A stretch of DNA of 64,000 nt from Squalus acanthias (Eukaryota): NCBI GenBank assembly GCA_030390025.1, contig CM059432.1:14262001-14326000 (forward strand), in the 5' to 3' direction. The first letter of the stretch is position 1. Each line of letters begins with the position of its first letter. A program made the translations under genes and the position numbers. Shown in pieces: positions 12,549 to 24,211 of this stretch. Under the pieces are notes generated by a model. The model ran no database searches. It was not told where the DNA came from and saw nothing but the letters and a program-made list of their open reading frames with translations.

Positions 12549-12795
12549 TAATCGAAAGATGAGGTGCTGTTCCTCGAGCTTACGTTGAGCTTCATTGGAA
12601 AAGTGTAAGAGACCGAGGACAGAGAGGTCAGAGTGGGAGTGGAGCGGAGAATTAAAGTGACAGGCGACCGGAAGCTCGGGGTCACGCTTGCAGATTGAAC
12701 GGAGGTGTTCCGCAAAGTGGTCACCCGATCTGCTGCATATTTCCAGCATTTTCTGTTTTCATTTCCGATTTCCAGCATCCGCACTATTTTGCTCT
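12549..12795 (-). mobile_element. Penelope-like element fragment: GIY-YIG endonuclease C-terminus joined to an oppositely oriented pLTR tail
   Basis: The minus strand reads DHFAEHLRSICKRDPELPVACHFNSPLHSHSDLSVLGLLHFSNEAQRKLEEQHLIFRL. 12729-12795 on + matches the tail of the hammerhead-bearing repeats (ctgctg..tatttccagcattttctg...gatttccagcatccgca). Confidence 0.8.
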
Positions 12796-13339
12796 TGTTT
12801 TTGTTTTGTTCAAAATGTGTTGAAAGCCTCTGTGTCTCATTCGATGAGCTTCACTGACATCATGGCTGTGAACACCGTGCCAGCTTGAATTCCTGACGTT
12901 GAGAGAACGCAGGGACCAGTGATTAGACAAATACATCAAATGATTAAGGAGTTTCTTCTGTACTGAAATGCTTCTTTTTTACAACAGGATTACGTGTGAA
13001 TGCTAGATGCGTGATGAACTAGTGCCAATAGGAACAGCACTCCTGGCTCTTTGGATTGCTGGCTCGCTGTCAAGCACCCTCAGAGCCATGTTTCAGCACT
13101 CTGGTGAGGCCTTGTTTACACAAGCCCTGTCAGAGTTGCAGAGGCTGCCCACTATTTTAAGGTATGTGTTTCAGCCATACAAATAGTAAAACCCCAAGTG
13201 ATGATTTTTTTACTTCAAACCTTTCACAACTACAAACCTATATTTAGGTTTGAACAATGACAAACCTAACTTTTATCCATATTGGCAATGGATCAAGACT
13301 TTTCAGTGTCTGTGAATGAACAATTACCTTTACTCTCTT

Positions 13340-13505
13340 TTAAGATCCTCTTTAAAACCTACCTCTTTGACCAAGCTTTTAGTCTCCTCTCTTAATATCT
13401 CCTTCTTTGGCTCGGTGTCAATTTTTGTCCGATTATGTCTCTGTGAAGCGCCTTGAGACGTTTTCCTGTGTTAAAGGTGTTATACAAAAAAGTTGTAGTT
13501 GTTGT
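13340..13505 (+). mobile_element. L2-type LINE 3' end
   Basis: ctttaaaacctacctctttgaccaagctttt...ctgtgaagcgccttgagacgtttt...gttgtagttgttgt. Confidence 0.75.
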
Positions 13506-13871
13506 AAAATAGGTGCTCTTACTTGAGTGCTTATAGAAACTTCCGAGGGAAAAGTCATGCAAAGATTATCAAATAGAAATTCAGAACATTGATCCATCCT
13601 CCCATCTCTACTGTTCAACCCTGGTAGGCTGCCCTACCTAGATCAGGGGGATCTATATATGTTGTCCTACCCCAGTCCCAGGAGTAGAGGCACCATCATG
13701 TTCCATGATTGTGTGCCAATTGATTACTTCAATCTGCACCTATCCCTGTATCCTACAGTTCCTTACACAATCATATATTTATCTGGCTGTTTATATAAAA
13801 AATTATTACAAAATCACAGCTAGCTCGAGCTGTCTTCCCCACAGTCAACATTAACAGAGATAATACCTAGG

Positions 13872-14183
13872 ACATAAGAACATAAGAAATAAGAGCAGGA
13901 GTAGGCCATACGGCCCCTCGAGCCTGCTCCGCCATTCAATAAGATCATGGCTGATCATCGATTTCAACGCCACTTTCCCGCCCGATCTCCATATCCCTTG
14001 ATTCCCCTAGAGTCCAAAAATGTATCTATCTCAGCCGTGAATATATTCAAAGACTCAGCGTTCACAGCCCTCTGGGGCAGAGAATTCCAAAGATTCACAA
14101 CCCTCTGAGTGAAGAAATTCCTCCTCATCTCGGTCTTAAATGGCCGACCCCTTATCCTGAGACTATGCCCCCTAGTTCTAGAC
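13872..14183 (-). mobile_element. CR1 3' fragment
   Basis: SRTRGHSLRIRGRPFKTEMRRNFFTQRVVNLWNSLP; (CATAAGAA)n tail. Confidence 0.92.
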
Positions 14184-14844
14184 AACTGGACCTGGCGTGT
14201 TGCTGTGCATGCGGTCATATGTTTTCTTAGCTACCAGAAAGACATGTTTGTTAGTCAAATGTTTAAATTTTCTTTCATTCAAAGCATTTGTAAATTTTTC
14301 ACGAGGAAGCTGTTGCTACCTTTGTGTTGTGTCATGCAACCCAATTCATCTCCTGTGCCCTCAGGAATTCAAACTCAACGAGGCCCAAGTATTTGAATGA
14401 ACTGCAAAGCATGGTGTGTCTGTGCTCAGCAAAAAGTCAATTTCAATAAGTAGACCGAGTCGTCTATGAACTAGAACCTTATGCATGCTGTAAGTGGGAT
14501 AATGCAGCAAATGACTATGGTTTACCCCTTATCTATGGTATGTCGTAACAGAGATCAATGTTGGAAGTCCACCATGTTCTTCTGGCTACGCCAAAAGGTA
14601 TTAAACATCATACTGTCAGGTTGATATGTATAGGCTAAAAATAATAGTCGGATTTATTTACAAGTAAGGCATCACTCAGAGGTAGCAGGACCTAGTGGGA
14701 CCGATAATGGACGCTGATATCGCTGCTTCTTACATTGCTGCCTGTGCACAAATGAGCTGACACTGTACGTTAATAGAAAATCAGCTCATTGGTTTATGAT
14801 GTGCTGGGAGAGCATCAAGGTTGTGCAGATAGGATTTCCAGCAC

Positions 14845-15130
14845 CATAGAATCATACAGCACAGAAGGAGGTCATTCAGCGCAACGTGACTATGCTGGCT
14901 CTTTGAAAGAGCTATCCAATTAGTCCCGCTCCTCATAGCCTTCGTTATCAAGAAGTTATCCAATTCTCTTTTGAAATTTACTGTTGAATCTGCTTCCACT
15001 ACCCTTCCAGGCAGTGCATTCCAGATCACCACAACTCGCTGCCTACAAAAATGTCGCCTCACCTCCCCCTCTGGTTCTTTTTCCAGTCACCTTAAATCTG
15101 TGTCCTCTGGTTACAGCCGTTCCTCCCAGT
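14845..15130 (-). mobile_element. CR1 3' fragment
   Basis: RVVVIWNALPGRVVEADSTVNFKRELD; catagaatcata tail. Confidence 0.85.
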
Positions 15131-15444
15131 GCAACCAACTCCGCATAAATAGCTGCTGGTCCATACAATTTGCATGGGTGGGCGGAGGGGAAGGGGGAGG
15201 ACGGTGCCTGACCAGAATTAGCCTTATGAGGCCAGCAGTCCATCTGCAAACAAGCTGGGTGGCCCTCGTGGAAGATCAGGACCACCCAGATGAAAAAAAA
15301 AATTGAAACATTTCCCTACAGCCCTCCCTGGGAACAGGTGCAGACTGACTGGTGCATTTTTTAAGCATGATAGCCGCATTATGGGGAAACAGCCTGAATT
15401 TGCATCTGAAATATGCCCTTGATGAGCCTTGCATTTTTGTTTAT

Positions 15445-15768
15445 TTGTCCTCAGATTGTGGGCATCGCTGGCAAGGCTGCATTTATTGCCCATCCCTATG
15501 TGCCCGAGAGCATTGAGAGTCAACCATGTAGTGTGGGGACTGGAGTCACATGTAGACCAGACCAGGTAAGGAGTGGCAGGTTTCCTTCCCTGAAAGACAT
15601 TAGTGAACCAGTTGGGTTTTTACAACAATCTGGCAGCTTTTGTGGTTATTTTATCTGATGCCAGCCCACGAATGACCAGATTTACTAATTTCAACTTCCC
15701 AACTTGCTTTGGTGGAATTTGACCTCGCAGTCTCTGGATTGCTAGTCCACCAGTAGCTTGCTGTACCC
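15445..15768 (-). mobile_element. Shorter SINE-like derivative (head, 5' body, 3' tail) of the 16676 element
   Basis: Shares ggagtcaca...gacattagtgaacca with the reverse complement of 16850-16940 and ends in the same gcatttattgcccatccct tail. Confidence 0.7.
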
Positions 15769-16675
15769 TATATAGTTAGTGTACAGCCTCCTGGCACCCT
15801 GGGCGCTTGAAGCTGCATTGACCCGTGCTCAGCGCAATGAGCACGGGGAAGTCCTCACACCTCTGCAACCAATAACACAGGGTGGTGCTTTGGGCACCAC
15901 AGGCCACATTATCAGCCCCAGCGGGTTAATGATGATACAGATAGAATTACTAGCATCAATCCACGAAGGATTACAATACTCTCTCTGGAACATATTTCTT
16001 ATGCTGGGGGAGGGAAGTGGCTTCGAGCCCAAGATCAGCCATGACCTTATTGAATGGCGGAGCAGGCTCGAGGGGCCAAGTGGCCTATTCCTGCTCCTAT
16101 TTCTTATGTTCTTATGTTCAACTTACCACCCAAAGTAAATGTGGCTTTATAGAAACTGTCTGATAATTAATTTCTCGTAACTCAAAGGTGTCTATAATAG
16201 ACAGTCAACCTGTAGGACTGATTTTACACCCAGACGGTAAGTTGAAGATCTATCCTACAGTTCTTTAAGTTACATTTTTAGAACTGTTCCTCAGTCTGAC
16301 ATCGAGCTTCAGGAAAGGAGAGTAAATTAAGCGGGGGAAAAAAAAACAAAAGTAAACTAATTACTGTAGATTGTGCAGCTACTGCCACTAGAGATGAGTG
16401 AGAGTCTTCGACCTGTCTTAGCTCGTTTACATAGAAACAGCTTTGATGGGCTGAATAGCTTGCTCCTGCTTTTCAGTTTTGTTTTTAGCCTAAAGCACTT
16501 CAACCAGCTTCGTCACTGCATCCAACAAGTGAACCCCAGTCAAGAATGAATACCCTTATTTGTCTGTCATATGAATATACTCATATGAAGAGCCCTGAAT
16601 TTTGAGTTAATATTTTAATCCCCCCATCCCCGCTTTGAAACATGTCTACAATATTCTCTGGCAAATTTTTACTAT

Positions 16676-17460
16676 GGGAACGGTAGCATAGTGGTTATGT
16701 CACTGGGCTAGTAATCCAGAGGCCTGGACTAATTAATCTGGAGATAAGGGTTCAAATCCCATGATGGCAGCTGGAGAATTTAAATTCAGTTAATTAAATA
16801 AATCTGGAATAAAAAGCTAGTATCAGTAATGATGACCTATAAAACCCATCTGGTTCACTAATGTCCTTTAGAGAAGGAAATCTGCTGTCACTTACCAGGT
16901 CTAACCTATATGTGACTCCAGACCCACAGCAATGTGGTTGATTCTTAACTGCCCTCTGATAATGGCCTAGCAAGCCACTCGGTTGTACAAACACTACTAC
17001 ACAAAACAATAATAAGAATAAAACCAGATGGACCACCTAGGCACTGGCTGCAGACATGACAATGGCACACCCAGCCCAGCTGGCCCTGCAGAGTCCTCCT
17101 CACTAATATCTGGGGACTTGTGCCAAAATTGGTGAGAGCTGTCCCACAGACTAGTCAAACAACAGCCTGACATATGCATACTCACAGAATCATACCTTTC
17201 AGCCAATGTCCCAGACTCCTCCATTACCATCCTTGGGTATGTCCGGTCCCACCGGCAGGACAGAGGGCCACCAGAGGTGGTGGCAGCACAGTGGTATACA
17301 GTCGGGAGGGAGTGGCCTTGGGAGTCCTCAACATTGACCATGCGAGTACCTTCACTGCACCGGTTCAAGATGGCGGCTCACCACCACCTTCTCAAGGGCA
17401 ATTAGGGATGGGCAATAAATGCTGGCCTTGCCAGTGACGCCCACATTCCAGGAATGAGTG
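16676..17460 (+). mobile_element. tRNA-headed bipartite retroelement: pol III head, APE endonuclease start, LINE 3' tail
   Basis: A-box TAGCATAGTGG and B-box GGTTCAAATCCC. About 17099-17338 reads, across frameshifts, LTNIWGLVPKL..LSHRLVKQQPDICILTESYL...GYV.SHRQDR..RGGGSTVVY. 17362-17460 is the 3' tail of the 36190 family. Confidence 0.8.
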
Positions 17461-18579
17461 AAAAAAAATTTTTTTTTACCCTACTGCTACCTGACCCTGA
17501 CTTTGACGTGCTGAGCCCTGTTGGACAAGATCATGGGCCAAATGTATTTCGCAGCAATGCAACAAGAGCTTGAAAAACAAAAAGGTGAGAGGATGTGTTC
17601 AATGTGCATTTGGAAAATATTGCTGCAAATATTTAACATATGTCTCAATCACTCATAACAAACTGTCTGTTACCATTTCTTATTGGTGCTGTGCTGGATT
17701 ATGCATTGAAGTGATTATCATTTGTCGTGTACAATCTTTCTGTAGAATCTATAAGGCAAGGCTAGTAATTGATTTGTGAAAATGGAACATGTTTAAAAAT
17801 AATAGTATATTTTATGATAATGCGTTCACAGCTATTAGCATAGTTCTGATTCCATCCACTAAGTAATGTGATTACTCATTATTATTTGGGTAAATGAAGC
17901 ATAAATTACGAGTACTTTAATAGGACTTGACAGTCAGGTCATTTTTGTTCTCCCTCTTTAGAAAACCCCTGCTATAGTTTTATCTCACGCTCATTATCCT
18001 CTCTCTGCGAGGTTCAGCTGTTATAAAAGTTCACGAGGCTGGCCTGGCATGTTTTCTGAAGCACCATTTTACATCAATGAGAAGAAGCTGTCACTTTTAA
18101 AGGCCAACAAGTAAAGCATCAAACCATTTTCACTTTCTCCTACCTAGGTTTGTGTTCAAATTAATGAACTTCCTGTCTGCCAGATACCAGATCAAGCCAC
18201 ATTTTAACCAAAACAATATCAACAGCAGACATGAGCTCTAATACACTTATGTAACATGTTCATTAGTGCAGCTCTAATAAGCTCATTAATAGTCTCCTAA
18301 AGCATCACTGTGTAATTAACAAGCTGTCCAGTATAATTGGAAGTGCTGCCTTGTGTATCTGACCTTTTTACCCTTTTCCCTCCAATCAGCTACCTCTTCC
18401 ATACACAGTTCAGCTTTGGTCGTTAGCTATAATCACCTTTGAGAACGGTGGGTAGTCAATAATCTGCTCGCATCTGATTCACCTTCTGTTTCTGGAGCAT
18501 TGCATTGGTCTAATGGTTGTGCTAGATCTGGGCTGCCACCCACTTGGTTGTTGGATCAGACAGTACAGTTTTGGAGTAT

Positions 18580-18901
18580 TAGGAACATAGGAACATGAGT
18601 AGGCCATTCACCCCCTCGAGTCTGTTCTGTCATTCAATCAGAAGTGATGTTCCACAGGGGTCAGTGCTGGGACCACTGTTGTTCATCATTTACATAAATG
18701 ATTTGGACTCGGGAATTGAAAGTACAATATCAAAATTTGAAGACGACACCAAATTGGGAGGTATAGTTAATACTGAGGAGTACTAGAAGTCGTTAGCAGA
18801 ATGGGCGTGTAAATGGCAATTGAATTTCAATGTGGATAAGTGTGAGGTGGAACCTTTTGGTATGAGGAATAAGGAGAGGCTACCTACTCATTGGAAAATT
18901 A
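18580..18901 (+). mobile_element. Rearranged CR1 fragment (inverted 3' tail plus RT segment), interrupted by MITE A
   Basis: 18580-18640 is a minus-strand tail; 18641-18901 reads [20 protein letters not shown]...FEDDTKLGG; it continues briefly after 19749. Confidence 0.8.
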
Positions 18902-19746
18902 GGGCTGGATTTTATGAATGGAGACGTGTTGGATGCGGGACTGCTGCTTGCCGGGTCTCAGTCCTGCCTCCATCATCTTCTGGCCAACCAGCGGGATTTT
19001 CCCCTGATTGACCTTGTTAAGCCCACCCTGCGGGCTCAGCAGGCCAATTAGGGGGAAGTCACCGACAGAGCACGTCAACGTCTGACGTGCCATCTGTCAA
19101 GATTTCTTGAAAGAAGAAATGTCAGTGTTTGACAGCTCTGTGAAGCTGTCAAACACTGACATTCTGTATAGTTTGATGAGCCCTTGTGTTCAGGACTCAT
19201 CAAACCTTTCTATTTTGTAGAAATCAGATGACTGTTTGTTCAGAGGATCCAACAGCCAGTCTGTGAAATCTACAATGAAGATGTTGGGACTCCGGATCCA
19301 AAGCGGCTGAAGGCTGTAGGCAGAAACAAAGGTAAGTGAACATTTTCTAACACTTTACACTCACCTCACATACTTACCACTCCACACTTGCACCCATCAC
19401 TCACCTCTACATTGCACTTTCAGACCCCGCAGACCCCCGCAGACCTCCTACTCGACTCCTCCACCCCGGCGGGGTTCTCCGAGGTTGGGAAGCCAGCACT
19501 TGAAAAGGTAAAATGGGACTAATCCTTTTTTCTGCCTGTTAACTACCTGTTAACAGGCAGTTAAAAGGATTTAATCCCTTTCCCGCCTCGAGGAGACGGG
19601 ACCCGGGGCAGGACGGCTTCCCGCCTCCTGGCAAAAGGGCACGGAGGCGAGATGGGGGCGGTTTTGCCAGCCGCCCCCACTTTCTGCAACTTTACCGGCA
19701 GTCCTGCCTCCATACCCGCCTCCTCGGGGCTGGTAAAATCCAGCCC
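18902..19746 (-). mobile_element. Harbinger-type MITE, family A, copy 2, inserted in a CR1 fragment
   Basis: Perfect 13-bp TIR GGGCTGGATTTTA / TAAAATCCAGCCC; TSD TTA (18899-18901, 19747-19749), the canonical PIF/Harbinger target. Confidence 0.92.
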
Positions 19747-20681
19747 TTAGTCTAAATGGGGTAGAGGCACATTTTTGCTGAAAGTGTGGCAGGAACCCCA
19801 TTTATTTGTGTAAACAGGGTTTCTGTCGCACTTCCGGTGAAGTTACAGTGGCAGAACAGGAGCAGCTCCAAGGAAATTGAGGCCCTAGTCATTATCTCAT
19901 TGATGTTTGTGGCACCTTGCTATATGCGCATTGGCTGCCGTGTTCGCATAAGTTACAACAGTGCCGAAAGTAATTCATTGGCTGCGAAGCATTTGGGACA
20001 TCATGAGGATGTAACAGGTGCTATATAAATGCAAGTTCTGCCTTTCATTGTCTTAACAGCAGTGAGCAACCATCACACCAACCTCTCGGCCTACTGCTGA
20101 TACCTCATCTCTTTCATTTTTAGCACGATTGGCAATTAATTTGAATACCAATTAGAAGAAAAAGAAAACCCTTGATTAATATGTTTATTTTCTAATGAGT
20201 CATACGAGAACAAGTAGAAAATTTAAATGAATGAATAACAAATGAGCCAGACAGGTTACAAAAGGAATTGAAGGATTACCCTGAATCTCAGAATTAGCTA
20301 AAATATGCATTTATGCACAATGACTCCAGCATCCCAGTTAATGCTATGAATCACTGTAATTAGGGGGATTCATTCTGAATGCAATCAAAGACCACGTCAT
20401 AATTTCATTTCTCCATTGATTGACAAGCTGGATCCATGTCAAAATACCAAGATGTGTTTTCAGCAAGGATTTAGACAGATTAATATGGTAACAAATGAGT
20501 CATATTCGGATTAGAATTAAAGGAAATTATTTGGATATTTTGGAGTTTTATGGTTAATAGATTATGTGATCAATATGCATGCTCATTAACATACTCAAAC
20601 ATATTTACAAAATACCCTAGTGCTGGTCAACTGAAGAAAAATACTGAAGAGATTTCAAGACAATTTTATCGTTAAACATAT

Positions 20682-21574
20682 GGGGGAGAAATTCAGTATC
20701 GCCCCATTTGGGGCGTAATTATCGGCCGGGTGCAAAGATTAGCGCCTGGCGCTAATTATCGCCACCGACTGCAAACTTGACTTTTATCGCCCCTGGAGGT
20801 GATTGCAGCGCTAAATCAGGCGCTTCACACCTGTCTTAAGGCGCAAAGGCCGAGGAGCGAGACACTACCTCAGAGCGCTGGCGAAGCTCATGTAATGTCA
20901 GTCAGCAATGGAACACACACACAATGGCACGGGCCAGTTCTTAAAGGGGATGGTTAATCTTGCTTTCCATCCACATCCTGTTCATTGCAGCCTTGAATCT
21001 CGGCCTGGAGAGACCTGCACATCAAATGTGCTGGAAAGAACAATGGAGAGTACCAGGCCAAGAGCTCAGAGTACAGCCCCCACAGTCTCTGCTAAATCGA
21101 TACAAGGAATGGCAAATCAAAATGAACCTGCAAAGTGCTGCTCAGTACCCAAAACTCCTTCACACAATGTTGAATCTCTCCAGAAGTCTCTCCCTCTCTC
21201 TCTCAGAATGCGTAGTTCAAAAATGGCACCAACAATAAAAGGCAGGAAGCGGTCACCTTTAAATAGCGCTCCCCCTTTCCCTTCATGACTGCAGAACGCT
21301 CCCCTCAACCTGTCGTTGCTAGCGTCAGGCGGTAAGGCAGGGGGCACCACTCAATATCCGCTCCGGGGCGATACCGGGGCGTTGCGCACTCGAGTGACGT
21401 CATGATCTGCCGGCGCAGGATATCGTGGCGGTAGTGTTTAGCGCCGCCGCAAAATGTCTAGTTAATTTTGCGAGCGGCGCAAACTTCGCCGCGCCTGGGC
21501 GCTAGATGCTTTGCGCCCCATTAGCGCCCTCTTAAGGCGCTAACGGGAGGCGCAACCAACTGAATTTTTCCCCC
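20682..21574 (-). mobile_element. Internally deleted non-autonomous relative of the 37273-41506 Harbinger, inverted orientation
   Basis: Ends GGGGGAGAAATT / AATTTTTCCCCC. The left part resembles the reverse complement of about 41130-41506. The right part resembles the reverse complement of about 37273-37700 (e.g. gcgctaacgggaggcgcaaccaactgaattttt). Both coding regions are essentially missing; TSD ambiguous. Confidence 0.9.
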
Positions 21575-21811
21575 ATGGTATTATAATATTTTATAATATT
21601 TTTAAATTGCAATGAGTATTAGTGTCCTGGTGACAGCGAGCTAATTTAAAATCTCAACGTTGACTAGCATGCAAATTCTGGGCAATAAAATGCAACACAG
21701 AGGAACGTTGAGATACTTTGCTGGTAAGAGGAGGGGAGAGCTTCCAATGTAGGTCACACTTCAACATACCCCTCAGAGCAGTTTCAGTGGAGATGTACCT
21801 GGAAACTTTTT

Positions 21812-21957
21812 TTTATTCATTCACGAGATGTGGGCATTGCTGGTGAGGCCAGCATTGATTGCCCATCCCTAATTGCCCTTTGAGAAGCTGGTGGTGAGCC
21901 GCCTTCTTTGAACCGCTGCAGTCCATGTGGTGAAGGTACTCCCACAGTGCTGTTAGG
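21812..21957 (-). mobile_element. Short 3' fragment of the same LINE family
   Basis: Shared tail sequence. Confidence 0.8.
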
Positions 21958-22389
21958 TTAATTTAGCTGAACTTCAGGTTACATGGCTATAAAAAAGGAA
22001 GTAATGCACATAATTATATCAAGAAAACAAAACTGCATGGAGTAAAGTTGCGCTGTCTGAAGTTTGAATATTTAAATAATAGCCTTGATAGGCCAGCATT
22101 TTTTTCTAGAGATCTATTCATATTTTCAAGTAGTGGCAAACATTCCTTTTTTTCACCTCAGCTCTCCTCATCTTTCCTCTCCTGAAGGCAATGACTTATA
22201 AAATTCTTCATGTGCAAGTGTCATGTTTCGGGAATTTTGACTATGCTTCTACAAGGGGCCCATAGTATAATATATGTTAAAAATGCTACTTTGAGCTAAG
22301 TGTAACTCTTAAGGGTAAATTTACAGGGCAGCATGGCTGGGAGTAGATTAAGATTCAGATAGGGGTCTGAAGCAGTGGGGTTGGACAAT

Positions 22390-22968
22390 ACATAGATACA
22401 TAGATACATAGAAGATAGGAGCAGGAGTAGGCCATCCGGCCCTTCGAGCCTGCTCCGCCATTTAATGAGATCATGGCTGATCCTCCAATTCAGTATCCCG
22501 TCCCCGCCTTCTCTCCGTAACCCTTAACCCCTTTTGCCTGTAGAAATATATCTAATTCCCTCTTAAATATATTTAATGAGCTGGCGTACACTGCCCTCTG
22601 TGGCAATGAGTTCCACAGGTTCACCACCCTCTGAGTGAAGAAATTCCCCCTCATTTCTGTCCTAAATGGTTTAGCCCTTATCCTTAAATTATGTCCTCTA
22701 GTTCTGTTCTCACCCGCCAAGGGAAACATTCCTTCTGCATCTAGTCTGTCTAGACCTGTCAGAATTTTATACACTTCTATGAGGTCCCCTCTCAATCTTC
22801 TAAACTCCAGTGTGTACATCCCTAAACTACATAGTCTCTCCTCATAGGTCAATCCCGCCATTCCTGGTATCAGCCTGGTGAATCGCCGCTGCACCCCCTC
22901 CATGGCAAGAACATCTTTCCTCAGATGAGGCGACTAAAACTGTACACAGTACTCGAGGTGTGGTCTCA
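22390..22968 (-). mobile_element. Young CR1 3' fragment, nearly identical to 55077-55646
   Basis: Open ORF2 C-terminus 22490..22903; (CATAGATA)n tail. Confidence 0.95.
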
Positions 22969-23456
22969 GGCCAACATCCCCAGCATCGAAGCTTTGACCA
23001 CGCTCGATCAGCTCCGATGGATGGGTCACATTGTCCGCATGCCCAATACGAGACTCCCAAAACAAGCGCTCAACTCAAAGCTCCGACACGGCAAGAGAGC
23101 CCCAGGTAGGCAGAGGAAACGCTTCAAGGACACCCTCAAAGCCTCCTTGAAAAAGTGCAACATCCCCTCCGACACCTGGAAATCCCTGGCCCAAGACCGC
23201 ACAAAGTGGAGGAGAAGCATCCGGGAAGGCGCCGAACACCTCGAGTCTCTTCGCCGGGAGCAAGTGGAAGCCAAGCGCAAACAGCGGAAGGAGCGCACAT
23301 CAACCCAAGCACCCCACCCACCCGTCCCTTCAACCACTGTCTGCCCCACCTGTGACAGAGACTGTAGGTCCCGCATTGGACTCATCAGTCACCTGAGAAC
23401 TCATTTTTAATATGGAAGCAAGTCATCCTCGGTTCCGAGGGACCGTCTAAGAAGAA
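22965..23456 (+). mobile_element. RTE-clade LINE 3' fragment
   Basis: QLRWMGHIVRMPNTRLPKQ...GRQRKRFKDTLK...CPTCDRDCRSRIGLISHLRTH (C-terminal C2H2); (AAG)n tail. Confidence 0.9.
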
Positions 23457-23610
23457 TTCCTTTAAACTCATTGCCACGTTCGGCTGATGGATTATGTTCT
23501 GGAGGTGGTGGTGGGGGTGCTGTAGTAAAACATGACAGGATATTGCATGGGAAGGAGGTTAGAAGGGGGTTCTGCCCTGGCCTGAAGCAGAGAATATAGA
23601 AGGGTTAATC

Positions 23611-23765
23611 ACCGAGAATTTCCTCGGTGGTTTCTCTTGATCGTCCGTCGTAACTTCGGCGTAAGATCGGTGGGAACCCCAGATAGACATGTAAATGGGG
23701 TTGGTGCCGATCTTCCACTGAAGTTATGCCGGACGATCGGGTGAGCCCCGGAGGAAATTCCCAGC
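23611..23765. mobile_element. Small fold-back MITE (about 155 bp imperfect hairpin)
   Basis: Arms gaatttcctc...gatcgtccg..taacttc..aagatcgg..aacccc pair with ggggtt..ccgatctt..gaagtta..cggacgatc..gaggaaattc. Confidence 0.7.
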
Positions 23766-24211
23766 AATTTTGTTCAAGCCAAATAAGATGATCCACTGAT
23801 GGTCTTTGTGTAATGATTCATTATTGTGTACTAATACACAAAGACCAATTGCATCGATTGAAATAAGTGAATACGATCATAACTGTTGCTTTGTCTGTTC
23901 ATGTGCCCTGAAATAAAGCAGCTGACTGATTTGTATCAAGCCTCAAATCAACAAGTGTTCTCTAAATTTGTCTTGAGGGAGATTGAAGAAGCATTCGTGC
24001 AAAAGATTGAATCCGAGAAGATATCTACAGCAGATATGTAACAGCGATCTCCCCTCAGAAGTGCGCTGGCTGCCAAATTGGAATGCAGCAAATTCTAGGT
24101 GTGCAGGATGCCTGCTCAAAACAGGCATTCGGCATCTGGCATCTACCAATTGGAGTCTTAATACCGGTTGTAGGACCCTGATGCAAAATTGGTCCTCAAA
24201 TGGATGAATAT

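Noticed and set aside
12988..13161. Plus-strand exon candidate (tttttacaacAG ... GTGAGG/GTATGT)
   Set aside because: All three frames contain stops soon after the acceptor; at most a non-coding exon, with no further support.
16676..16762. Functional tRNA gene
   Set aside because: A/B boxes are present, but there is no convincing cloverleaf or terminator, and the sequence continues into a repeat body with other copies in the window.
20679..21577. Clean TSD for the deleted Harbinger
   Set aside because: The flanks read TAT and ATG; a duplication appears only if the left end is shifted by one base, so it is not claimed.
22925..23410. 161-aa ORF with a C2H2 finger read as a host zinc-finger gene
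   Set aside because: It is the RTE ORF C-terminus fused by chance to antisense CR1 sequence.
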